This document shows, one piece after another, positions 12,212 to 23,483 of a stretch of 64,000 bases of DNA. The DNA is from Camelus ferus (Eukaryota): NCBI RefSeq assembly GCF_009834535.1, contig NC_045707.1:55182001-55246000 (forward strand), written 5' to 3'. The position numbers were made by a program, and so were the translations under genes. Below the pieces are notes generated by a model. That model worked only from the letters and a program-made list of their open reading frames with translations. It searched no databases and was not told the DNA's origin. The first letter of the stretch is position 1; the number at the start of each line of letters is the position of its first letter.

Positions 12212-12480
12212 TTATTGTTAGGTCTGATGCTGTTGCTTTATTTACCATTGAGATTTGATTTCCTGTTTTTGAACTCAGTCTCCAAATTCTGGAAGTAAGA
12301 ATAAGGGACCAACTGAATAAAATATAATTTAACACTTTACTAAACTATTAGTAATCCCTTGGGATTTAGGAAGCTTTCATTGCTCCTATAACCAAAATTT
12401 ATCTTCTGCACTTTCTATGGGGAGAGAAAGGCTCAAGCAGTGGTTGTTTTAGATGTCAGTTTCAGTTAACAGGATTGAAA
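12212..12480 (-). pseudogene. Possible N-terminal fragment of the bornavirus-like L element
   Basis: A single frame gives LKQPLL (12452-12435), GAMKA (12386-12372), DY (12356-12351), WRLSSKTGNQISMVNKA (12284-12234), versus recalled BoDV L LKNPLL, GQIKA, DY, WKLDHMTKTLYSSVRYA. Confidence 0.4.
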
Positions 12481-12544
12481 TAGAAGAGGGAGAAGCTTTT
12501 ATTCCAAGGAGAGTTTGTCACAGTTGTTCACTTCAATTCTTCCT

Positions 12545-12670
12545 TTATTCTTTAATTTCTTAATTCATAGGTCAGGCAGTATGTTTATTTAACCCCACTA
12601 TGTGCAGGTAACTGTGTTATCTTGGGTTATTGAAGTTATGGAAGAGCAATCCCTACCCACAAGCAGTGGT
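12545..12670 (-). mobile_element. L2 3' end
   Basis: atgtttatttaaccccactatgtgcagg...ccctacccacaagc. Confidence 0.5.
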
Positions 12671-13519
12671 TATATTAACTAAGCTCCTTGATTTTTCCCT
12701 TAAAATTTTACTAGTATGCAACTTTTTTAATATGATTTCTTAAATTTAAGAATGCACTATAACACTTGAGGCAAATCTAGGTCAATGTGTAGACAGAGCT
12801 AATTCAGAGAGGAAAAGGGATAAATTGAAAGAGTTCCCTAAAAGGAGAACAATATCTCAGAAAGCAAAGATGCAACATCTTCCAGTAAGCAGTGATAATC
12901 AGAATAGAATGCACAGACCAATCAAACAGAAAGAGAACAAGAGCAAAAAAGTAAATTAAATAAAACACTAGGGATACAATAGGATAGTGGTGGGAAAACT
13001 CAACTATAATTTTATAAGGATTATGACAAATGATATGTAGAACAGGGTCTAAAAGCATAACAAGTACTGTTTACAAAATTTTGTTTCCAGATGTGTTCCG
13101 GTGCCAGTTTGCAAGTTAGCCAGTCATTTGATATTTGGAAGATATTAGTCTTTCTCCAGAAGCAGAACATAAACACATGAGCCTAAAATGTTGCAAAGGC
13201 AACATCCCTTATGAAAAGCCTAACTTTGCTCTTGAATAGCTGGGGAAATCTTTTGCTTGGAGAGCAGTGGTATCCTTCTGATTCCCTAAAAAGTATCATT
13301 AAAGCTGAGAATTAATGACACTTTCCTTGACCTCCTAGTCCTCCCAACAGTTTGTAAGCAAATAATGAATTTTATTAAATCAATTCCTACTTAAAATACC
13401 TAAGGTATGTATTATTTTCTGGACCAAAATATGTCTACAACTGGAAGTAAAAGAAGTTTTTTTTTTTAATTGGAGAATGCAAATGTAGTAAATCCAAACA
13501 AAAATAAATGAATAGGTGT

Positions 13520-13990
13520 ATCAGCATAAAATTTTAATACCCTTTAATGGAAGGCAGCATAATCCAAAGAGCCTGCAAGTTAACATACATAGTATCAAGC
13601 AGACATTAAAACAATTACTAGATATGCATAGAAGCAGGAAAATATGATAATCTGGAAAAATTAGTAAACATAAACAGACATCAAGATGACTCATGTATAA
13701 ATAGCTAATAAAAATGTTCAGATATTCAAAGTATGTATAAAACTTTAATGACAAGATGTATATAATAAGAAAACATTTGAGGAATACCAGCAGAGAAAAG
13801 AAAATTTAACCAAACACAAAATAATTGACAAAAATTCTGGAACTGATAAGTACAATCGTGGATACAAAAAAAAAAAAAAAGGGTTCTGATGGATTTAACA
13901 GAAAAATAGAAATAAGGAAACAAAGACTTCATGAATTTAAAGGTATAGATTATTTAAACTCATTAACTTTGAAGAACAACTAGAAGTAAA
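13520..13990 (+). mobile_element. Old L1 5'/ORF1-region fragment
   Basis: A-rich; agcaggaaaatatga, gctaataaaaatgttca, aaattctggaactga, gatggatttaacag. Confidence 0.6.
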
Positions 13991-14034
13991 AAGATTGAAG
14001 AATATTATATATACCTTGGTGACTTTTAGGATAA

Positions 14035-14180
14035 AAATTAGGAAGAGAGCCCTTACCAGAAACCAGATTTGCCAGAACCTTGATCACGGACTTAAAGCCC
14101 ATGAGAAAATAAAAAATAAATACCTCTTGTTTAAGCCACCCAATCTGTGGTATATTTTGTTATGGCAGCAGGGATAGACT
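14035..14180 (+). mobile_element. MaLR LTR (MST/MLT1) 3' end
   Basis: gagagcccttaccagaaacc...gtttaagccacccaatctgtggtatattttgttatggcagc. Confidence 0.8.
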
Positions 14181-14294
14181 TTTACTCCTCATGAAATACA
14201 CATTTAAAAACTATTTCATAAAACTAAAAAACCTGCATGCTAATGATTAACTATGTGAATGGAAATATGTGCAAAACTATATTTTTCTATATTA

Positions 14295-15107
14295 TCATTT
14301 TTAGTAAAAAATATATCATAAAATCTACCCACTTATCAAAATTTTATGTGTGCTATAAGTTATTATTAACTGTATGTACATTTTTGTATAGTAGATTACT
14401 AGAACTTTTCCATCTTGCTTAATGGAAACTTTATACCCATTGAACAGCAACTCCCCATTCCCTTACCCCCCCCCCAGATCTCTGGTAACAAGCATTCTAC
14501 TTTCTGCTTCTATGAGTTTGACTATTTTACATACTTCCTGTAAAGTGGAATCATGAAGTATTCATTCTCATGTATTTGGCTTATTTCACTTAGCATAATG
14601 TCCTCAAGTTTTATCCCTGTTGTAGTATATGACAGGATTTCCTTCTCTTTTTAAGGCTGAATGATATTCCACTGTATGTTTGTATCACATTCTCTTTATC
14701 CATTCATCCATTGATGGATATCTGGGTTGACATACAAATGGCCAACAAGTATATGCACATATGTTCAACATCACTAATCGTCAGGTAAATTCAAATCAAA
14801 ACTATAATGAGATATCACCTCATAGCTCTTGGGTTAGCCATTATCAAAAAAAAAACAAAACAGAAAATAGTGAATAGTGATAAGGATGTGAAGAAATTGT
14901 AATCCCTCTGTACCCTGGTAGAAATGTAAAATGGACAGTTGCTATTGAAACAGAATGGAAATTTCTCAAAAAAATTAAAAATGACACTAGCATATAATCC
15001 AAAAATCCCACTTCTGGGTATTTATCCAGAAGAATTGAAAACAGGATTTCAAAGAGATATCTGCCCTCTCATATTCACTGCAGCATTATTCATTACAGAC
15101 TAAAGGT
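14295..15107 (-). mobile_element. L1MA9/L1MB-like element with 5' inversion
   Basis: 14295-14729 is the L1 3' end on the minus strand; 14730-15107 is the immediately upstream L1 segment on the plus strand. Confidence 0.8.
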
Positions 15108-16120
15108 TAAAAAAAAAAGTCTACATAACTAAATTTTTGAAACCATTGTGTGCAAATCCTCTTTAGACATTATTTTACGTGTAGTTTTTGTCTCCTTCCA
15201 GAGTAGGTATGTGCATCAGAAATGACTTCATTTTGTGTTAAATTTTTCTTAATGTAAACATTTAAAGTTTGAAACACAAAATAAATAATCAAAAGATGAC
15301 TTTTAAATACATGAAAACAGAGGTTAAAATAGAAGCAAAATTTTTGGCTATCCTATGTACCACATGCCTATAAATTCTAAGTTTATTTCTGTTTTTCCTC
15401 AAAATATACATAGTGCCATATGTCTTATAACCACCACCCTACATAATTCAGTGATTCAATTATCGTTTGTCTAAAGAACAGAGCTTTAGATTTAATGAGT
15501 GATAAATGTATGTATATATACATATATGAACTGATATTAAAAACAAACCAATGTACTGATATCTAACTTTGTCTATTCATATATAGACCAGAGAAATGAT
15601 TGATTGCATTTGTGGACTGCACTAATATTTTCCATTATTTTACACCTTAGTTTTGCTGCACGTAAGTTCTGTCAGTCTTACTGTCATGGAAACATTGCTT
15701 CCCCATTGTAATCACTGCTGGTGTAAAACACAGCTGCCTAACAAATGTACACTGGAATGGGCTGCTTTGAGCATCTGTTAAATCTCAACAGAGTGTACAA
15801 CCACTCTTTTTAGAGAGCATCAATCATGGAAGAGTGAGACAGAATTAAAGAGTTTAGCCCTGCTTGGCTCCCTTTGTATCTAATTTAGGCATGTAAGACC
15901 CATTGCATTCATTGTTGTGCTTACAACAGCTGTTTCTTATTATTAAGAAAAGCAGCTTTGCGTGCAGAACATAAAACAATAAACGCTAGCCCATGTGGAT
16001 AGAGTACATTGGCTTCTCAAGGTTATAAATATACACTTAATAAAAAAGTAAGGTGATGGTAGCCATATTTCACAGAGAACAAATGGAACTACATCAGGCA
16101 ATAAAGTCTAACACCTGATT

Positions 16121-16182
16121 AAACAAAACAAAACAAAACAAAACAAAAAACCACCCCAGAAAACAAAAACAAAAACAAAAAC
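16121..16182. repeat. (CAAAA)n low-complexity repeat
   Basis: acaaaacaaaacaaaac... Confidence 0.85.
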
Positions 16183-16519
16183 CTCCAAACCCAAAATGAA
16201 TCCAACAGTTCCTATCACTGAAAAAAATTTTGTAATGAATAAAATTACAATGAGCACAAAGCAAATCCTGGTGGATCACCATGACCCTCTAGACGTGCAT
16301 TATGGATTCAAGTTGAAAGTGTCTCCTACACATTTAATTATTGTTGCTCCCATAATACCTACCACATACCAATGCTTACTATTTGGGTAACAAAACAAAA
16401 GTTTTTATGTTAAAGATAATTGCTTTAAAGAATAAGGCAATTATCTATACTAAATGATGAGTTGTTAATAGTAACAATGAACATTGATCCACTCCTGTAT
16501 TTTAAAAATCTACATTGAT

Positions 16520-17050
16520 ACCTTCAGTATGTCCTACGTACCAAACGGGGCCCTAGGGAAATCATGGTGAATGCAGCGTTCTGTAAGGAGAATGGAATTC
16601 ACAACCTGGTGAAAGAGCTGGGGGTATCGCTCAAGGGTAGAGCATTTGGCGGCACAATCTGGTGAAAGAAACAAACACTAAACAAGTGAACAAATTCACA
16701 AGTAAGCATTGCCAATTGTTTAAAGTCCTCTGAAGAAATAATAATAGCTTAGTAAGAAGAATAAAGTGATTGAGAATATGAGGTAGTCAGGGAAATATTT
16801 GTCTACTTAAAATAATAACCAATAAAAGTTATGAAAAGAACTGGAGGGAAACCACTGAAGGTAGAGTCAGAAAGCATCTGATACAGGAAAGGGCTTGACA
16901 TGTTCAACCGTGAGACGAAGAATGGTGTGCATACAGCAAAGAAAGTGGGAAGAGGGAAGGGAAGGGCCAGTCCAGGCAGAGGATTGTAGGAGCTGATAAG
17001 TAGTTTGGATTTTTCTGAATTCACCATAGGAAGACATGATGTGTTTTAAG
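16520..17050 (-). mobile_element. L2 3' region, interrupted by a tRNA fragment
   Basis: tcctacgtacca...atggtgaat...ttcacaacctggtgaaaga|aacaaacactaaacaagt...gtagtcagggaa. Confidence 0.65.
16620..16654 (+). pseudogene. tRNA-Cys(GCA) 5'-half tailless retropseudogene
   Basis: GGGGGTATCGCTCAAGGGTAGAGCATTTGGCGGCA is 31/35 identical to the recalled tRNA-Cys 5' half and ends at the anticodon. Flanked by acaacctggtgaaaga (16601-16616) and acaatctggtgaaaga (16654-16669). Confidence 0.8.
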
Positions 17051-17489
17051 AAAAACAAATGTCTATGGTATTATTTTAATTTTTTGCATTTGATATATAA
17101 CAAAATATTTTGACAGTGTATCATATATAATAATACATGCACTTAAAAAGCAATACTTACCTTTGCCCATAAAACTTAAAATATATACTCACAATTTGCA
17201 AAAAGGTTTGTGACTTACAATTTTAATAATTTCCAAGTGAGCTTGTGTTACTACACCTTAATATTTTAAGTAACAGCTCATTATGGATGCTCATAAATAA
17301 ATAGGAAATTTTCAATACAGTGTTCCAGAATACTCATTTTTAAATTCACTTCTGTAAAATGATTTTGTCCATGGATGTCTTTTATAAAATATGCCCTGAA
17401 TTTTCAATGAAATGATGTCTTCTGTTTACTGCATAGCATTATTCTGTAAAGAAAAACTTTTCCTATGTTCCTCTCTTACTATTTAAGTA

Positions 17490-20400
17490 TTATTTTGTTT
17501 TAGTCTAAGTGTGGACTTGTATATTCTTTTTTGGAAATTGGTATGTTAGAATCTATGTCATTATTCATTTGAAGCTCATTTATGGCTAGTGGGAGCTGTT
17601 TAATCTGTCTCCTGTGGGTTTTTTGCCAGATTTCCATTAGTTTGGAGCATTTCCTTACTTTATTGGACAATTACATATTACAGTTTACTTAGAAATCCTC
17701 TTGTCCCAGAATGATAACTAATCATTTCTACAAGAAACACTAGTTTTTCTGTTTTTTTCAATAGGGAATAGTGTCTAGAGTGGGCATGAAACATGGTCAT
17801 TGCTAACAAGGAATCAATTTCTCTGTCTCTTAGTAATGACAACCTCAATGCCTTTAATTCCAGTTCAACATCTTTGTTCAACTTCATTCTTCCTCTCCTC
17901 TCATTTCCCCATTCCATATTTGTATCTCTCTTCACCCAGAGTAAGAACAGATTGTTATTTACTTATTACCCCTGTAAGCAAGTTTACTTTGATATTTTGA
18001 TTACTTTCAACCCACCTCCTGTATTTTCACTAGTTTCATAAGTTTACTGTTCCTGTATAAAATTCTTCAAAGGATAGCCTTATTTTCATTTCTTACATAA
18101 AATGTAACATATTGTATATACTGTTAGACCTTGTTTTTTCATTTATAGCCTAGAAAGCATACTATATACTTCACAGAGATTTTTCTTATATTTTTTAAGC
18201 TACATAGTATTCTCATTAGAACATAAAAAAAACACATGCACAAAGGTATTCATAAATACAATTTTAATAGTAAAATACTTTATAAAGATGTATCTCTTTT
18301 TTTCAGGCAATAACCTATGTATGCTGTTAGATTATTTCCAGCATGTTACTATTAAAATTGTATTTGTGGATGCATTTGTGTATGAATTTTTATTGCTGAT
18401 ATTATGTCAGCTTTTATTTTCCAATTAGTGAGTGTGTGTCTTCAGGATAAATTCCTAAAAGTGTGATTGCTGGGCAAAAGGCCAAAACAAATGTGTTTCA
18501 TAAGATTTTTCCAAATTCTCTTCATAGAGATTGTACCATTGTCCATATACAATATATGAAATTGCTTTACCCTCATAGTCTTGTCAGTCTTGCCTTGTTT
18601 AATAAAGCTTTTGGAATTTTGCCAATTTATAAAAGGTAGAAAAAATAGCTATCTCAAAGTAGTTTTAATTTATATTTATCTTAGTATAAGTGACATCAGG
18701 CAACTTTACATATAATTTACATATCTTTTAGGGGCAGTTATGGCTGTTTATTTCTTTTGTCTGTTTCTCTAATACATATTTCATCTTCAGTCCCTCAGTT
18801 ATCTTGATGCTGTTTATTTTTATTTTGAACTATAATTTGTACATTATGAAATTCACACATCTTTCCTACTGAATTTGAGAAGACTTGAGGAATATATACT
18901 GAAGTAACTACATGCAATCAAGATAAAGAACATTTCCAACATTCCAGACAGTACTCTCATGCCCATTTCCAATCAATGCCAAACATCTGCTCTCCACAGC
19001 AAACTCTGTTTTGATTTTAAGTAGCATATGTTACATTTGTATTCTCTTAAATTGCATATGAATAGAATCACATTGTATAAATCTTTTGTTTGAGCTCAAC
19101 ACTGCCCCCTTGAGTTTCATCTTTGTTGTTGCATGATGTGTCTATGATCAGTAGTTCTTTCTTTTTATTGTTGACTGGTAGTCTACAATCAGCTTATCCA
19201 TTCCTGTTGATTGTTTCCAAATTTGGGGGATTGTAAATTAGCTACTATGAACATTTTCATACAAATCTTTTTTGAGCATATACTTTTATTTCTCTTTGAT
19301 AAATACTTATGGTAGCAGGTATAAGAAATTCATAAGAAAATGTTGAACTATTTTTCCAAAGTGATTATGTTATTTAACTCTCAAGCCATGTATAAAATTT
19401 CTGATTTTTCCACATCCTTGCCAAATTTTGATTTCAGTTGTTTTTCATTTTAGCCATTGTAAAGAATGATGTTCAGGGAAGGGTATAGCTCAGTGGTAGA
19501 GCTTGTGCCTTGCATGCACAAGGTCCTACATTCAATCCTCAGTACCTCCATTAAAAATAAGTAAATAAAATAAAGCTAATTACCTCCCCCCAAAAAAATT
19601 AATTAAAAAAAATTTTTTTAAAAAGAATGATGGTCATATTGCATTGTGGTTTCATATTTTATTTCCATTATAACTAATTATTTTGAGAAGCTTTTTGAGA
19701 ACTTATTGGCCATTTGCATATCTTTTGTTTTTTGTAAAACGTATGCTCAAATTTCCACCTTCTTATGTTACATTACTTTAGTTCTTTATTTCTAGTTTTT
19801 TTAAATCTATTCTGAATATTATTCCTTTACCTGGCACATGCACTGCCAATATTTTCTCTAAGTCCGTGGCTTGTTCTTTCGGTTTCTAAAAGGTATGTTT
19901 TGATGTAGAGAAAAGTTTGATTTTGTTAAAGTTCAACATGTCACTTTTATTTCTTTTTTCATTAGTGTTTTTTATCTCAAAAGTACTTTCCTACCACAAG
20001 GATAAAAAATATTCTTCTCACTTTTCTTTATAAATCTTCATAATTTTAGCTTTTTTTGATTAAGCTTATGATCAATCTTAAATTAATTTTTGATATGATA
20101 AAAGTTGGAGTCAAGACTCTTTTTTTCCCTGCTTCTACAGTTGTTCAGGAACAATTTTTTCCTAAATAATTTTCTTTCCCAATTAAATTTCTTTGGAGCC
20201 TTTGAAGAAGGTTAATTGACCATACATGCATGGGTCTCTTTCCAGCCTCTATTTTGTTCCTTTGTTCTAGCTCTATATGCTTATGCCAATACCATACTTT
20301 CTTGATTACTGTAGATTTTTACTGAGTCTTGAACCCAGGAAATGCAAGTTTACTAACTTTTCATTTTCAATATTGTTTTGCCTTTTTTAAGTATTTACGA

Positions 20401-21300
20401 TACCTTATAAATTTTACAGTAAGCCTATCAGTTTCAAAAAATTCAAGGATTTTGTTCAGACCAAGGTTAATTTATAGATCAACTTGAGAAATGTTGGTAT
20501 ATAAATAATGAGTCTTATAATTCATGACGATGTATGTTTTCTCATTTATTTATCTCTTCTTTAATGTCTCTTGTAGTTTTCAGTGTAGAGATTTTATATA
20601 TTTGTTAACTTTATTCCTAAGGGTGTTGTTTTTGGTTATATATTTAACATTCATTTTTGAGACTTTTATCTTATTATGTGTTGCTCTTGTAGCAATGTAA
20701 TTGAAATATTGACTTTGTATTATGCAACCCTGATCAATGCACTTACTAATTTTACATATGAATACATTGCTTAGAATTTTCTACATATAGAATTAGGTCT
20801 TCTGCAAATAAGTGTATTTCAGCAAGAACTACCTAGGTAACCTGCTACTGAAATCATATAGTCCATTCTTTTGGGTTTTAAGTACATGATCATATTCTAC
20901 TTATGGAAAACCCTTAAACTCTACCCATGGTGTTTCACCCCTTGTATAAAATTATTTCTGCTTCTAGTTTTTTGTTTATTTGTTTTGATCTGGTTGCACT
21001 TATTAGAACCCTCAGTTCAGTGTTCAATAATAAAACATATTTGTTATATCCTTATGTGATTGTGTTACTTCCAATATTTTATCATAAAGTAGACCATTTA
21101 TTTCTATGATTATCCCATATTTCTTTTTTTTATTTAAACAAGTTCATTTGTTCCTAGTTTCATAATATTTTAACATGAATTGTGGGTTGAATTTTTAAAT
21201 TATTTTAGAGATTTATTTGGTTGTCACATCATAATATCTAGTATGTTTTACTATTAATACTGATCTTGGGTTCTGAGTGATAACTCACCAGAAAGAATAG
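17490..21300 (-). mobile_element. Cluster of old L1MC/ME fragments
   Basis: atcaagataaagaacatttcca, ttccaaagtgattatg, ttatgccaataccatact...ttgattactgtag, ttttcagtgtagagat. Confidence 0.7.
19476..19621 (+). mobile_element. Camelid tRNA-derived SINE (vic-1-like)
   Basis: gggaagggtatagctcagtggtagagc A-box, degenerate B-box ttcaatcc, ctaattacctcccccc, A-rich tail; 15-bp TSD aaagaatgatgttca (19461-19475) / aaagaatgatggtca (19622-19636). Confidence 0.85.
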
Positions 21301-22522
21301 GTTTCACACAATACTACATATATTTTTCTTTTCTTTTTTTTCTAAACACTTTTTGAGGTATAACTAATATACAAAAAAACTGCACAGGGACTTTTACTTT
21401 CCAGTTATGTATGTAAGTCATCACTCTGTCTTAACAAGTAAAAAGCTGAAAAAGCTAAAAAAAACAACAACTCTTTTAGGATCTGTAAGAAAAGTGAGAA
21501 CACAGGGCAAACCACAGACCCCCAGATTGGCAAGACAGACAGGAGAGACTCATGAGAGAAAATTACTCTGGGAACCAACACCAGAGTAGGAAAATCTGCA
21601 CTGTAGTTGACTGAGTAATGGCTGCGTTTCACTGTGGACAATTCTGAGAGTTAAACACTCCAAAAAGACTCAGTCACAGAGAGACCCCCCCACCCCAGCC
21701 CACCCCAGTTTTGTGAGATTTGCCTCCAGGAGCTTGACCTGGTTCTCAAAGTAAATTTTGGAGAAAAGTTACCTCATGCTTCTAGCAGGTGGAAGAGAAT
21801 AGGTACCATTTTTAAATATGCCAGAGCACTCTTTTACTCTTAACAAGGCCTGCCCTCAGGAGAAACTAGTTAATCAGAGCCTAACCTGCTGGAGTATTAT
21901 CACAGCCTAACTAACCTGAGGGAAGGCAAATTTTCAACTCCAGCACACTCTAGACATCCTCTCCCATCTAAGGGGAGAGGAGGGAAAAAATAACAACCCT
22001 TACAAACACTGGTGAAGTTTACATTCCAGAGGCATAGGCTCATTAAAAGACTGAGACCTAATTAAAGGACTATAGGAAGCTTCCCCTCTCCTCTCCCCTA
22101 TACACTTCATTACTAAAGGTTTATTTACAACAATTCCTTCACCTGATGTATCCTGCCCAGCTATCAAGACAAAATCACGAGACATACTAAAAAAGCAAAC
22201 CACACAATTTGAAGAGAGAAAGCAAGCATCAAAACCAGATATGGTAGGGGTATTAGAATTATCAGACTGGGGATTTAAAACAACTATGGTTAAGATGCTA
22301 AGAGCTCTAATGGATAAAGTAGACAGCATGCATGCAAAAACAGATGAGCAACGTGAGCAAGGAGCTGGAAATCCTAAGAAAGAACTGAAAATAAATTCTT
22401 GAAATCAAAAACACTGTAACAAAATGAAGAACAACTTTATTAGTAGACAGTGGAGGAGATAAATCTCTGAGCGTAAACATATCGCAATAGAAACTTCCAA
22501 AACTGAAAAGCAAAGAAAAAAG

Positions 22523-22523
<1 letters not shown>

Positions 22524-22552
<29 letters not shown>
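22524..22552. repeat. (CAA)n microsatellite
   Basis: Perfect caacaacaa run. Confidence 0.95.
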
Positions 22553-22553
<1 letters not shown>

Positions 22554-23429
22554 AACCCCCTAATATTCAAGGACTGTAGCACAACTGTAAAACTTGTTAC
22601 ACACATAATGGGAGAACCAGGAAGAGAAGAAAGAGAAAAAGAAACATAAGAAATATATGAAACAAGAAGATGAGAATTTTCCAAAATTAATGTTAGGTAA
22701 CAGATCCAGGAAGTTCAGAAGACACATTATGATAAATGCCAAAAAAGACTAGACCTAGGCATACTGTTTCAAACTACAGAAGATAAAAGATAAAGAAAAA
22801 ACCTTGAAGAAATCCAGAGGGGAAAAAAAACACCTAAATTATAGAGGAACAAAGACAAGAATTATTTTCAACCTCTCCTCAGAAATCCTGCAAGCAAGAA
22901 GAGAGTGATGTAATCTAGTCAGTATTGAGGGGGAAAAACGACCAACCTAGAAATCTGTACCCTGCAAAATTAGCCTTCAAAAGTAAAAGAGAAACAAATG
23001 CTTTCTCAGACAAAGAAAAATTGAAATAGTTTGTTGCTAATAGAACAGCCTTTCAAGCAATGTTTAAAGAAGTATTTTAAAGAGAAGGAAAATAATAGAG
23101 GTCATAAACTCAAATCTACATAAAGGAAGGAAGAATATTGAAAAAGGAAGAAGTGAATATAAATAAAAACTTTAAATTTTCTTATTCTTAATTGATCTAA
23201 TAATATGGTTGATTATGTATAATTATATACATATCATATGTATTACAAGTGCATATATAAGTAAAATAAATGACAATGATACAAGGAATGAGAGGAAGTG
23301 ATTAGGATTTTTTTTTTAATTATATAGTACTCACTCTACTTGTGAAGTCATATAGTGTTATTTGAAAGTGGACTTTGAATGAATTGTAAATGTATTTTGG
23401 AAATTCTAGGGAAACCTTTTAAAAAGTTA

Positions 23430-23483
23430 AATATATATATTTGTATATGTGTGTGTGTGTATGTATATATGTATATATATATA
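23430..23483. repeat. (TA)n/(TG)n compound microsatellite
   Basis: Seen directly. Confidence 0.9.

Noticed and set aside
12545..12800. Possible bornavirus M or G gene upstream of the L-like piece
   Set aside because: No resemblance seen; the sequence looks like an L2 3' end
12804..13058. ORF starting LLDPVL, similar to BoDV L LDPVL
   Set aside because: Single short motif, out of order with the other fragments; hydrophobic bias typical of antisense A-rich DNA
19476..19550. tRNA-like sequence
   Set aside because: Head of a SINE with tail and TSD, not a tRNA gene
22307..22684. 125-aa ORF with a poly-Cys run
   Set aside because: Antisense to L1 ORF1; the poly-Cys comes from the (CAA)n microsatellite
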